A program made the position numbers and the translations under genes. 64,000 bases of DNA from Octopus bimaculoides (Eukaryota), in assembly GCF_001194135.2 (NCBI RefSeq), contig NC_068990.1:34142239-34206238 (forward strand), in the 5' to 3' direction. Every line of letters begins with the position of its first letter. Within the stretch, counting starts at the first letter, position 1. The notes beneath the pieces are model-generated. The model was not told the origin of the DNA, made no database searches, and worked only from the letters and a program-made list of their open reading frames with translations. Shown in pieces: positions 1 through 11,830 of this stretch.

Positions 1-84
1 TATATCGTCTTGGTTTGGTGTACATAGTAAGTCGTGTTGACGCTGGTGGTGTAGAGGCTGTTTGGTAGTAATCGTGTTGGTCAT
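1..84 (-). CDS. Possible first coding exon of a host gene running off the left edge (MTNTITTKQPLHHQRQHDLLCTPNQDDI...)
   Basis: First ATG (84-82) downstream of the TATA-containing promoter; the frame is open to the window edge. No homology recognised, so it could be 5'UTR. Confidence 0.2.
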   Translation of the reverse strand, partial: MTNTITTKQPLHHQRQHDLLCTPNQDDI

Positions 85-239
85 GACGATGTTGCTGGAT
101 AGTAGTCGTAGACTCTTGTTGCTGATGTGGTGACGGCGGAGGTCCTCGTGGCTGGACGAAGCTGCTGAAGTGGTCGCTGGCTGCTGCTGCTGTCGTGTGG
201 TACACGGAACAGTCTCTAAGAGAAACTGGACCGAGACAA

Positions 240-405
240 ATTTGTGGGGTATGAGTTGATCTATTTATAGCGTTAAGGGGGCTCACCAGATATCAGAAAT
301 ATACTCTATCACGTGACCTTATTAAGGGCTGTGATTGGTCAGTTTGCGTTCTGGCGGGAACGGTTCGAAGTTGCCGATTCGAATAATGATCAGTCATGTG
401 ATGAC
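240..405 (-). promoter_or_regulatory. Pol II promoter-like cluster: TATA, E-box, CCAAT, E2F-like, second E-box
   Basis: Minus strand: TATAAATA 269-262, GTCACGTGAT 318-309, CCAAT 338-334, TTCCCGCC 360-353, TCACATGAC 401-393. CpG-retaining and followed by a CAG-rich UTR-like stretch. Confidence 0.6.
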
Positions 406-527
406 AAGGAATGAGTTCTCTACTACGCTCGCATTTATTTATATTTAAATGAGAAGATTGTATGTAATGGCGATAGTAGTTTGTATCTAGTGACGATAGG
501 TAGTTTCACTACATATATATATGTAAG

Positions 528-718
528 TATGGGCATATGTTTGTGTCTGTGTTTGTTCCCCCCCACCATCGCTTGAAAACCGATGCTGGTGTGTTTATGT
601 TCCCGTAACTTAGTGGTTCGACCAAAGAGACCGATAGAATAAGTCCTGGGGTCGATTTGCTAGACTAAAGGCGGTGCTCCAGCATGGCCACAGTCAAATG
701 ACTGAAACAAGTAAAAGA
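528..718 (+). mobile_element. SINE-A, 3' half
   Basis: Matches the 3' half of the full copy at 23968-24340; ends ggcggtgctccagcatggccacagtcaaatgactgaaacaagtaaaaga. Confidence 0.85.
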
Positions 719-1952
719 TTATTATTATTATTATATTGCTAAGCATATCTGGTCTAAGTGAAAAGAGGAAGGAAAAATACATATATTGAAAAATAATAAT
801 AATATTAGCTAGGGTTAAAACCTTTAACTAGCATTTAAAAAATATACGCATCAGTCATGAATCGTGCTCTGAGTGAATGTAACAATACTAAATGTTCAAT
901 GTTATCTAGCATGGAGTTAGAATGTCTTCAAACTATCACCAAAGAAAAATACTAGTAGCAATGTAATTAATAACAACAAATAGGATTACAGTACTACTAT
1001 AGCTACTACAATAAAATTGTTCCGTTATTTCTTTCGCTAGAACAGAAAAGTTGCTTTGCTCTATCTAATTCTTCGCGACGGATATGCGAAGAAAATTTAG
1101 GTATTTTCAGAGGTTATTGATTTTCCTAACAGATCAGATAGAGAGAGACGGCACTGTAAAGGGAAGTAACTCCGGCGAGCAGCCCGAATGGCAAGTCCTG
1201 AACAAGCAGCCGTCTGTTTATTTCAAACCACAACCAAAGTATTAACAGAACTTGATGCAAAGCAGTGGCACCGTAGTAAAACATAAATGTGAAAGAGAGA
1301 GAGAGGGGTAGTGGTCAGTAGTATTTCACGCGCGTGTGTGTGTATGTGTGTAAAAATAAATACAAAGATAGACACGCATACATACATACTCATAGTAATT
1401 GTCTAGAAGGCTAGCTACAGGCTACTATTAAATAATATCAATATTGCCGTCGAATTTCCTTTAATTCTTTTACAAATAACAGGAAATTCCTGTGTAATAA
1501 ATTAAAATTCATTCCCAGCATGAGTGTATTGAACAAAGACTTTATTTTTCAGTATTTCCATTTATTACTTTTCTTATTTCTTTCCGCGAGTTGGTTAAGC
1601 ATCACAACAGTAAATAAATGAATAATAAAAAATTCTTGGTGCCAATAAGATATGTACACGGTGCGTGTACGAAAGAAGTGGGAAGGGAAACGCTAGCATA
1701 GAGATATATAAGCGAATGCACATACACAATGTATGTATCTAACTGCATTGAAACAAGACGGGGGTGGGGGAGAAAATTCTATGAAGAATATGTGCACTAT
1801 GCTGGCTGGCATAAGTATACATATGCAAGTGTGTCGATTTACGTTAATGTATCCTCGTGTAGGCGCCTATACATATCAATGAATCTGAACATAGATGCGT
1901 GTTTACCGTCGGTGTTTCTATGGTGTATTTTACATGCGTACATACATACATC

Positions 1953-2345
1953 GGTGGAGACGGACTATATGTAATCTGAACCTTCCCCCCCTTATTTATT
2001 AATTTTTTTTACGGAATCCCACGTTTTAGGCTATGGAGATTCCGATCCTGATTCTGAATAAAAATTGTTTGAAAAATTTCAATCCCCTCCCCCCATCAAG
2101 CAGGCTATTTACATGCTAGAAATAACAGCCAAATCTCACAAAACTAGTGTTAGGGTTAGGGTTTGAGTTAGGGTTAGGTTTACCCTGTGGATTTATATAA
2201 AAACGGTGGGGTGGGATCGAAATTTTGAAATTGAGATTTTTGAAAAATTTTTTTCAGAATCGGAATCTCCATAGCCTAAAACGTGGGATTCCGTAAAAAA
2301 AAAAAAGTGGGGAAAGGTTCAGATTACATACAGTCCATCTGGACC
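1953..2345. mobile_element. Foldback MITE with long TIRs and internal TTAGGG-like repeats
   Basis: Left arm ggactatatgtaatctgaacc...tacggaatcccacgttttaggctatggagattccga is the reverse complement of the right arm (about 2270-2345); ttagggttagggtttgagttagggttagg lies in the middle. Confidence 0.8.
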
Positions 2346-2349
2346 TATA

Positions 2350-2745
2350 CATCATCATCATCATTAATGATGATGATATATATATGTATATACATATGTG
2401 TATGTATATATGTATACATGTATGTAATATATATATACCTATATGTATATATGTATATTATATACATATACATACATACATACACAGACACAAGCATACA
2501 TACATACACAGGCACACACACACACACACATACATACACACACATATCATTAATGATAATATATATGTGTATGTATGCATGTATGTATGTAATATGTGTG
2601 TGTATATATATATATATAAATACATACACACATAAATACACACATACATACACAGACACAAGCATACATATGTATACAGGCGCGCGCGCACACACATACA
2701 TACATACATACATACATACATACATACATACGCACGCACGCTCCT
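2350..2745. repeat. Compound microsatellite (CAT/TA/CA/TACA)
   Basis: Directly visible; source of the spurious YIYI/THTH ORFs. Confidence 0.95.
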
Positions 2746-3470
2746 GAACGATTATATGTAAACCGTATCTATGCTCACTTGCATGTGTACGTATGGCCAG
2801 AATTGTGTTCCGGTAAGGAACTTCGACAACTCAATTAACTGATTAATTTAATGATAAACACGGGAACTACTGCGTATTTTAGGAGTGCTTTTATGAAGAA
2901 TAATGTCCCAAAATACATGCGTGTGAATGTGCGCGCGCGAGTGGGTGTAGGTTTCAAAATTTGAACAGAATCACAAAGGAAGAAACGGAAAATCCACACA
3001 CTCGTCGGTTATCGTCCAAAAGATCCTTACAATTTTCACGCCTTAACGATAATATTGTTCACTTTTGGTGGCGGTCAACAGCGAGAAGCTGCTAGGAAGA
3101 GCGAGCGAACGTTGGGGACAGTGACGAAAACAAACACAACACAAATGTGAATATAGAAACAAAATAAAAGGAATATGCTGTATACAAAATATTCAGCTGA
3201 ATAGGTAAAAAAATAAGAACGGTGTGTAATGTTTCATTAAACTGTGAGCTGCAAACTTTAAACAGAAACACAACAAAAGAACAAATGGAAATTTCACTCG
3301 TCAAGGATTTAGATAACCCAGGCGAGTATCCCACTCAGCACTCCATGCGAAATCTTTGCCAACAGAAAATATGGAGGATAAGATTCGAAGAAAGTATTCC
3401 ATGAATCCAAAGAACATTCTATACAAAGTAAATGGAGGGGGGGGTGTTCAGGATATTAATCGTAGAGCAT

Positions 3471-3829
3471 TCTTTTATTCTTACCCACGTTTCAGTTATT
3501 TGACTGCGGCCATGCTGGAACACCGCCTTGGATGGTATTGGTTGAAGAAATCGACACCAGGACTTGGTTTCTTTGTAAGCCCAGGACTTATTTTATCGGT
3601 CACTTTCGCCGAACTGCTACCTTACGGGAACATAAACGCACCAACATCGTTTTTCAAGTGTGTGTGTGTGTGTGTGTGTGCGCGCGTATATATATACGAC
3701 GGGCTTTCAATTTCCGTCTACCAGATCCACTCACAAGGCTTTGGTCGGTCTGAGGCTATAGTAGAAGACACTTGGCCAATGTGCCACGCAGTGGGACTGA
3801 ACCTGGAACCCTGTGATTGGGAAGCAAGC
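3471..3829 (-). mobile_element. SINE-A, near full length
   Basis: Reverse complement of the SINE-A head (B-box ggttcagtccc), ccttgggcaagtgtc-like core, central microsatellite and tail. Confidence 0.85.
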
Positions 3830-4415
3830 AAACAAAGAAAGAAATGAAGATGACGGTATCAAATTATTTAAACAACTAGAAGGTTGAGGAGCTCCTTTCG
3901 CCATTTTATAAGACACATATCATTATTAAATTCCCTTTAACCCTTTGAACACGGAAATATATATTCGCTCAAAATTTTAGCACTGTTAACTGTGGAAAGC
4001 AATTTAACCCCCATGGCTTTGTGGGAAATAAAGAGAACTAACCTTATGCTACGAGAAGAGAAGACACCCCCAGATTTTCTTTATTGTTTTTCGTTTTGTC
4101 TTTTTTTTTTCCTCACACAATTCATGAAATATATTTCTGCAAAGCAAGACTCGAATACGTTTAATAGTGGACATCAAAAACCGTAGTATCTACAAGAGAT
4201 GCCGAAAAATGTATTGCAGAAACAGAGAATATTAGTTCTAATTTTTTAGCGGATAATTAACATCACAACGACAATGGCCATGAAATTTAATTTCGTACTC
4301 AACGAGTTAAATTAATTTCAAGAGATGTCCAAATTTTCTTCACACAACGGCAACCTTGGTCGCTGACGCAGCTCTTCAGCAAATGAGATTAATGAAAAGC
4401 GGGGATAAAAGCATC

Positions 4416-4591
4416 CACTAGCGTAGCTGGCGGGAGGGGGGCCGGTCCGCCCCGGGCGGCACTTCTAGAAGGGCAGCATTTTTCAACCTGTTGTAGGCTA
4501 TTGCTGTAGGCAATATATGTTTTTTTGTGGTGTCTGGGGGCAGCAAACGGAAGGGGTGCCCCAGGCGGTACCCTCTGTGGCTACGCTAGTG
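4416..4591. mobile_element. hAT-type MITE
   Basis: Perfect 12-bp TIR CACTAGCGTAGC; perfect 8-bp TSD aaagcatc (4408-4415, 4592-4599). Confidence 0.9.
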
Positions 4592-5517
4592 AAAGCATCT
4601 ATGCTGAACTGATGAGAAACCTGTAGTTATTCTATTCAGTATTAAATTTCTACCCATTATTTTACGAGTACTTGATTACATGAGAAACTGCTTCAATATC
4701 TATCTTGAAAAGTTAGTTTCCCTAAAACCACAAAGTATATGTCTAATCACGAGATTACAGCCACAAGCTATCGAAAAGACTATAAAAATATGTAAGGCAT
4801 TCGAGAAATTTAGCATGTAATATGATCTCAACATGTAAATGCCTGCATCCTTATGTGTTTCTGTATATATGTACATATATGCATAATACGCCTGTCGGCG
4901 TTGTCTCAATTACATTGAGAGCCTAACTTCTAGGTTAGAATCTGGTTCTTACTCCACTGGTGAGAGAGAGGAAGGAAGGAAGGACTCAAGGAAGCAATGA
5001 AAGAAAGAAGAAAGAATGAAAAAGAAAGAATGAAGGGGAAAGAAAGGAGGGAACGAAGGAAGGAAGAAAAGAAATAATGAAAGAAAAAAAAGAGAAAGAG
5101 AAACAGGCTTGCATACATGCATCTATTTAAACGAAACATCACCATTTTAGATCAACAAACAATTTCATGAAAGAACGATTATGTCACAAGTCGATAGGAA
5201 AACCTAACGACTTGATATTATCCGGGATCGATGAAGTTGCTAAAGAACACTTAGCACAAATTGAATCTCTCAACTTTTGGCTATTGAATGTCTTATTCTA
5301 TTGTGTTGCAGTTACCATTTGCCAACAGATAAAGGAAGTATGAGAGATCGATTGCAATGAGAAAGCTCAACCAATATGGATGACCTTGCTGCAGACAAAT
5401 GACGACAGACCCAGAAAAAAGTATTGGGCGATTAGTTACTATCGTTAAATGCAAAGTGAATAATAAATTCATGAACCATCAGCTGCGACTGTATGATAGA
5501 CTATCCAATGTCTACAG

Positions 5518-5807
5518 CAGAAGCTCCCAATGTGGGCAGTACTGAACTCCTGAGGTGGGGGAAGATCCAGGAGGAGGGGCCTCGAAGAAAAGTGAGACGA
5601 TAATGGGGTGGCCAAAAGGGAGCGATGGATGTTAAAAAAAACCCTCAAAATAATGGGTTAGTTAGGTTAAGTTTTATTTGTGAAATAGTTTGTTTTAATT
5701 TCTTGCAGAAAATGGTCTATGTTTGTGATGGTGAGTGGGGATTGGGAGCTACGGATGAGGCTTGGGTGCCAAGGGAGCGGCAGCCCGAAAATGTTCGAGA
5801 ACCACTG
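5518..5807. mobile_element. hAT-Charlie-like MITE
   Basis: Ends cagaagctcccaa / ttcgagaaccactg resemble the CAGTGGTTCYCAA TIR; flanks gtctacag / atctacag are a 7/8 TSD resembling the Charlie NTCTAGAN target. Confidence 0.7.
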
Positions 5808-5927
5808 ATCTACAGGAACTGTCGACAGGAAACACCAACGCGAACTGCGAGCATCAAGGCAAAAATCTTCGTTGTCGTAAGAAATTACTGGAACGCGGAG
5901 CTACGAATAGCGAACTTGCATTAAACC

Positions 5928-6046
5928 CCAAATCGGAATGCTGCAGCATGAAAGACCACCACATCCAAATCGGAATGCTGCAGCATGAAAGACCACCACA
6001 TCCAAATCGGAATGCTGCAGCATGAAAGACCACCACATCCAAATCG
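5928..6046. repeat. 37-bp minisatellite, 3.2 identical copies
   Basis: Unit ccaaatcggaatgctgcagcatgaaagaccaccacat starts at 5928, 5965, 6002 and (partial) 6039. Confidence 0.95.
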
Positions 6047-6428
6047 TAAAAATCCTCTTCCCACAATGATCTAGAACTACTTTGAAGAAGGATCCGGAAA
6101 GAAAACAAACAATAGAACAATATTGACAGGGCAGCCTTTGTCAATCAATTGAAAAGAACAATGATTTCCTTTATAATCACTAGTTATATTCTAACACGCT
6201 CCATAGCATTGTGAGTTGGAACATTTAGATTTGAATCACAAAAATTACTTTTTTTTTCAAGAACCTCTCTTAACGTTTACTGAATGTGTTTGGTGAGTTT
6301 GTTGCACAAAACTATAAACTATAAATTACATCATGTAGCAGATTTATCACCATGATAATCATATATTGAAAACAAGCGTTTTTTTGTGAAATGCGTTCCA
6401 ACTAACAAAAAACACGCGCACACGCACA

Positions 6429-6985
6429 TCTTTTATCTTTTACTGGTTTTAGACAGAGGCTGAGGCCATTCTGGGGCACCGCCTTTTAGCGTAGTTGAGT
6501 TTCTTTCCTATATTGTTTCTAGTGAAGTATCGAATCGGATGGAGCTGCTCTTCTTTGTGGCTCTTGCCGCGATGGGGATTCATCAGGTATGTCACATAAA
6601 AATTTGCCCAGACGTTCTTTGAAGGCTTCCATATTTACACCTCGCAATTCTCTGAGGTTGTTTAGCAGAATGTCAAATAGTTGAGGACCCTTGAAACCCA
6701 AGCTGTTACAGCACTGGGTCCCTATTGTAGATGGAGAAGACGGGATCTTTGGTATTGTATAGTGCCGTCCAATTCAGTAGCTGATATAGCTTTAAATTCC
6801 AAAGCTGGGAGTTAGACCTTCCAGGATCTTCCGTATGATATCGCTGCCAATCTTTCGCGTCTTTTCTCTAAGGAATACAGCTTCAGTTATTTTATCCTCT
6901 CTCAGTAGCTCATCTGCTGCACTGAGTCAATAATCTTTGTGTAGTGGGGTTGAACTGCCTCCAGTTCCGCCACCACTTCCACGTT
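6429..6985 (-). mobile_element. CR1/L2-group LINE 3' fragment (ORF2 C-terminus plus tail)
   Basis: Broken frames read SY*ERIK*LKLYSLEKRRER and GFKGPQLFDILLNNLRELRGVNMEAFKERLGKFLCDIPDES, typical of CR1-group ORF2 ends; a homologous copy lies at 47382-47868. Confidence 0.8.
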
Positions 6986-7111
6986 CTGCGGTAACCACAG
7001 TTGCGAGCAGTCATCCAGATGACTGAGATCTGGTAAAGTTGACCTTGGCAGGATTTGAACTCGCTGTGTTTAAATAATACAGGCATTTTTCTGATACTAT
7101 GTCTAGCAATT

Positions 7112-7188
7112 CGTATCGAAAGAGGTGGATTGGCATTTGGAACGGTGGGTTGGCATTTGAAACAGTGGATTGACATTTGGAACGGTGG
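7112..7188. repeat. About 20-bp degenerate tandem repeat (ggtggattggcatttggaac), about 3.5 copies
   Basis: Directly visible. Confidence 0.75.
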
Positions 7189-7226
7189 ATCTCGAAGCAA
7201 ATTTTAAATATTGGATTTAAAAAACG

Positions 7227-7361
7227 CTTTGAATAGAAAGGGTCGAATGTCGCCGTGGGACTTGATCCCACATCACCCGTAACCATGGTAGGAGTTTTCC
7301 TATCGGACTAATATAATCCCTCGAATTTCTCTAGGCATTTTAGAAACTTCATTCTCAACAG
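7227..7361 (-). repeat. About 135-bp repeat with tRNA-like core, copy 1
   Basis: Homologous to 8993-9129; the minus strand has T-arm-like GTGGG-ATCAAGT-CCCAC. Confidence 0.75.
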
Positions 7362-8487
7362 CAAGAATTTTATGCAGTTCACGTCATATATATATCGTGC
7401 TTCGTACATTTTTTGTTGTACACATTTCATGACGTCCTGTGCCCCCCCCCCCATATATATATATATANNNNNNNNNNNNNNNNNNNNNNNNNNNNNNNNN
7501 NNNNNNNNNNNNNNNNNNNNNNNNNNNNNNNNNNNNNNNNNNNNNNNNNNNNNNNNNNNNNNNNNNNNNNNNNNNNNNNNNNNNNNNNNNNNNNNNNNNN
7601 NNNNNNNNNNNNNNNNNNNNNNNNNNNNNNNNNNNNNNNNNNNNNNNNNNNNNNNNNNNNNNNNNNNNNNNNNNNNNNNNNNNNATATGAGAGAAAGAGA
7701 AAGAGAGAGACTGGAGTCTGAATCACAAAATATAACCATATTCCGTTGTGAAAATCAGCTGTCCACCCGACAACAATATGGTGATAAAAAAAAATTCTGG
7801 ACAATAAAAACGGATGGACCTTTGATAACAAGCCAGTAAATCCAGTACCCAAAATTCACTTTAATCATTATCCCTATTATTATTGGAGCAACTGGATACG
7901 TAGCAACTCGGCAAGATCGACGTATGGTTATGCTTGTATTTTTGCTTCTTGGCAGATAGATCGTAACTCCATATTTCATTCGTTCGCGTTTCATTATCCG
8001 AGATACTGTGATAATTTGTAGATGATCACGATATCTGGGACAATAAATAACCTGCAACACCTTAAAATTTAAAGGATGAATGGGTTGTGTAAAAGAGTAG
8101 TTGCACATAGAAAATAAATATCTTCTCTGTACAACCTTGCTTACGAGTAGGCGGCCGATCAAAATAAACTGTAACATTTTAAACCAGGAAGATAAACTAA
8201 AGAAACACGCCTGCAAAAGAAACGGACATGCATTCGTATATACACATGCATGTGGGTATACAGACACACATGCATGTGGGTTTACAGACACACATACATG
8301 AATTCATTCAAGCTTGCTTATGTACATTTATCCATGAAAGTGCATGAGATTGAGTAGATACGTGTGTATTCACAAGTATATATATAACGAACGGTTGCGA
8401 ATATATGTATGTGTATAAAAGTTTATATATTCAACGAATGCACAGAATCAAAGGCGAAGTGAGAGGTACAAGCATATCATTTTTTTT

Positions 8488-8902
8488 TATTCTATTACTT
8501 GTTTCAGTCATGTGACTGCGGCCATGCTGGAGCACCGCCTTAAAGGTTTTTAGTCCAACAAATCGACTCCAGGACTTATTCTTTGTAAACTTAGTATTAA
8601 TTCTATCTTTTGTTTTTTTACCAAACCGCTAAGTTACGGGGACGTAAACACACCAACATCGGTTGTCAAACGATAGTTGGGGAGCAAACACAGATACAAA
8701 GACACACACACACTCACAAACACACACACACATACATACATATATGGCAGTCTTCTTTCAGTTTCTGTCTACCAAATCCACTCATAAGGCTTTGGTTGAC
8801 CCGAGGCTATAGTAGAAGACACTTGCCCAAGGTGCCACGCAGTGGGACTGAACCCGGAACTATGCGGTTGGGAAGCAAGCTTCTTACCACACAGCCATGC
8901 CT
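8488..8902 (-). mobile_element. SINE-A, full length
   Basis: Head, core, (CA)n middle and tail all present on the minus strand. Confidence 0.9.
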
Positions 8903-8992
8903 CTACGTGTGTGTGTGTGTGTGTGTGTGTACGAGCATTATGATTCAGTTTGGCTGTTTTGATATTTGAAAATGATATTTCTAATTTTGGTA

Positions 8993-9129
8993 CTTTGAAT
9001 AGAAAGGATCGAATGCCGCCGTGGGACTCGATCCCACATCACCCGTAACCACGGCAAGCGTTTTGCTATTGAGCCCAATATAAATCCTTCGAATTTCTCT
9101 AGGCATTTTAGAAACTTCATTCTCATCAG
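8993..9129 (-). repeat. About 135-bp repeat with tRNA-like core, copy 2
   Basis: Homologous to 7227-7361; GTGGG-ATCGAGT-CCCAC arm and A-box-like gggctcaatagc on the minus strand. Confidence 0.75.
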
Positions 9130-9130
9130 A

Positions 9131-9245
9131 GAATGAAGGATAATTGGCAAAGTCGATCACGGCAGGAATTGAACTCGGAACGTAAACAGTCGGAAGAAAT
9201 GCCGCAAAGTAATTTGTCCGACGCGCTAGCGTTTCTGTCAGCTCA
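9131..9245 (-). mobile_element. SINE-B, 5' part
   Basis: Matches the SINE-B head (gagctgacagaaacgctagc...gagttcaattcc). Confidence 0.75.
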
Positions 9246-9974
9246 CTACAGAAAAATAGTTGAACATAATGATGATGACGGTGGTGGTGGTATTGGTTTC
9301 TTTTATTAGTTAAGCAAGACGAAAGAATATGTTGGTCTAAAATCGTTCTAATGAAATCAGCAGCAATTTCCTGTTCTACTAGATAGATTCCTGAGTAGTT
9401 GCTGATAATTAGCTGCAATATGAAATTCTTGCAGTGTTTTCTAATACAGAAACGAGATTATGAAAATACAATTGAACAGCAGCACGCCAGTAACATATAC
9501 ATACTTACATACATACATAAATACATACATACATACATAATACACATATGTATGTATGTATGTGTGTGTGTATGCATGCATGTATAAGCCAGCATTTCAT
9601 TAATTCAGTTAGTATTGATTGCAGAGATGCCAGTGATGATAGCAACAAAAACCAGAGATTCTGTGGAATTTTCAGAGGAATTGAAGAATATGTATTAAAC
9701 ACGCAGAAACCATAGAAGCATGGGGGATTTCTTTGAAAGAAATCACAAAAATAAAAAAAAATTAAAAAAATCATTGTGTTTGCTTTTAAGAAAGAGAAAA
9801 ATAAAACGCGATGAAATTAAAAGGAAAATACATTAAGTATACGTTTGAAAATATTTACAACTTCAAGAAATTAAGCGAGGTGTAAAATAAAGCAAACGAA
9901 AATAGATATTATTAGAGAAATATTCAAAGACCGATTCCAAACGCTGTTTTGTAATAAAATAGACCCACATCATG

Positions 9975-10285
9975 TCATGTCATGCCATCTTCTTTGCCCA
10001 CTTCATTCTGGAGGGTCGAGGGAGGAGAGTCTTCAGCCACGCCCTACATCGTGTTCTGTCAGAAGCAACAGTCTCCAATTGATTCGGTTGAATCTCCAAG
10101 CGGTTGAATCTCCAATCTCTAACCGAGCTCATTGATGTTATCCAACCATCTTGCTCGTGGTCAACCCCTGAGGGTTTCTTTTTTTTTTTTTTTTTTTTTG
10201 CTCGTAAAACCCGTTCGGCGATTCTTTCCCCGAGACATTCTGCCTATGTCTCCGTAGAATCGGAGCTGTGACATCTCAATTCGGA
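9975..10285 (-). mobile_element. RTE-type LINE 3' fragment
   Basis: Minus frames give LRFYGDIGRMSRERIAERVLRA and RPRARWLDNINE, an RTE ORF2 C-terminal signature (G.RP.GRPR.RW.D). Confidence 0.65.
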
Positions 10286-10420
10286 GAAGTAGTGACTATA
10301 CTTAGAGCACCACCCTGAGACGGTATTCTCTGGCTGACAGACCCACATCTACTTATAAAATGTGTAAACAATAAATGATTATAGAGTAGAATGAACACAA
10401 TGAAATAAGGATCTTTCAGA

Positions 10421-10751
10421 CAGCTGAAAGACCTCCTTCGGTCATGAATGACCATGGGATTGCACCTAGAAAAAATTCCCTCCAAGGTACAAGTCTGGGC
10501 AAAGGTTTTATGGAAGACCAGTAGTTGACCATGCATACCAACCTCCCCTCTCTATGCTACCGATGTTATCCAAGGGAAAGGCAAAGGCTGATACAGCTTG
10601 GTGCCAGTGACTTCGCAACTCATTTCTGCAGCTGAGTGAACTGGAGCAACGTGAAATACAGTGTCATGCTCAAGAACACAACACACAACCCGGTCCGGGA
10701 ATCGAACTCCTTACCTCATGAGTGTGAGCCCGACGCCCTAACCAATGAGCT
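10421..10751 (-). mobile_element. SINE-C
   Basis: tRNA-like head (agctcattggttagggcg...gagttcgattcc); homologous to 22950-23275. Confidence 0.85.
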
Positions 10752-10854
10752 TTTATTTATCATATCTTTGCTGAAATAGACTGCCTTCGGGCCAATTGAT
10801 TTTGAAAATAACGAAAAATTAAGTAAAATAACTTTGTCATTGAACTGGTGTATA

Positions 10855-11005
10855 CACTAGCGGAGCTAAGTGAGGGCGGTAGGGGTAGTACTTTTAAAGG
10901 GGCGGCACTTTTGGGTCTGTTGAGGCAATATGTGCTTTTTGTGGGGTCCGGGTGCGGCAAATGGAAGGGCTGCCCCGGACGGCACACACTCTAGCTACGC
11001 TAGTG
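10855..11005. mobile_element. hAT-type MITE (same family as 4416-4591)
   Basis: TIR cactagcggagc / gctacgctagtg; perfect 8-bp TSD ggtgtata (10847-10854, 11006-11013). Confidence 0.9.
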
Positions 11006-11437
11006 GGTGTATACCAAATAAATTAGAATGTACAACAAAGTTTATCATAAAAGTAAAGATATGGCAAAATCATGCATTGAAGATCGTATTTCATATGTCT
11101 TACTATTAAGCGAATACTTCTTCGAAATTAAAATTTCTTTAAAAGAAAAAGCTCTTCAAGACATTAATAACATCAAAGCTTTAAAAGAGTTCTGATTGCT
11201 TATCGAAGTCATTCACAACTGGTTTAAATATTTTCTAGTGCTAGAACAAGGAGAATTTCTCTTTAAAAAAATGTTATTTCGTATTTTACAGTCAATACAT
11301 TTTAAAAAGATTTTTAGTGATGTTAACCCTTAAAAATTTTTTTTTTTTTCAGTAAATGATTAACCTACACTAATAACGCATACTTTCATCCACAAAAGGC
11401 TTAGGATATTTGTGTGGGTGTACACATACATAGCGCA

Positions 11438-11670
11438 AGCGCATGGCATAGTGGTTAGAGTGTTGACCTCATGATCGTAAGATTGTGGTTTCGATTTCTG
11501 GACGGGGGGGGGGGGGCATATTGTGTTCTTGAGTAAAACACTTCATTTCACGTTGCTCCAGTCCATTCAGCTGGCAAAAATGTGTAATTTTGCGACGGGC
11601 CGGCGTCTCATCCAATATACGCCATGGAAACCAGGAAACCGGTCCTATGAGTCTATACGACTCGGGAAGG
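11438..11670 (+). mobile_element. SINE-C-related element (shared head and core, different tail)
   Basis: Head gcgcatggcatagtggttagagtg...ggtttcgattt and core tgtgttcttgagtaaaacacttcatttcacgttgctccag. Confidence 0.7.
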
Positions 11671-11715
11671 AACTATACTTCACTCTTTTTTGGCACAGAC
11701 ACACATATATACATA

Positions 11716-11830
11716 CCAGCAATGCATCCCGGCGTTGTCAAGGTGCTATGACCTACAACCTCATTGTATCATTTGTTCCTTTTTTATGGGCAGAATCGGC
11801 ACAGCTGATATATACTGTAGTGGATTACTG
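11716..11830 (-). mobile_element. Helitron-like 3' end, family 2
   Basis: Homologous to 50067-50170 (gcaatgca.cccggc.ttg...atgggcagaatcggcac); degenerate CTAG plus GC hairpin. Confidence 0.55.

Noticed and set aside
2149-2179. TTAGGG repeats as a telomere or chromosome-fusion scar
   Set aside because: Only about four imperfect units, inside a MITE.
2283-2747. Overlapping ORFs rich in YI/CV/TH (also about 26400, 29900, 38000, 43200 and 59100)
   Set aside because: Translations of dinucleotide and tetranucleotide microsatellites.
5928-6046. 37-bp repeats with a palindrome, CRISPR-like in length
   Set aside because: The units are contiguous with no spacers, there are no cas genes, and the context is eukaryotic.
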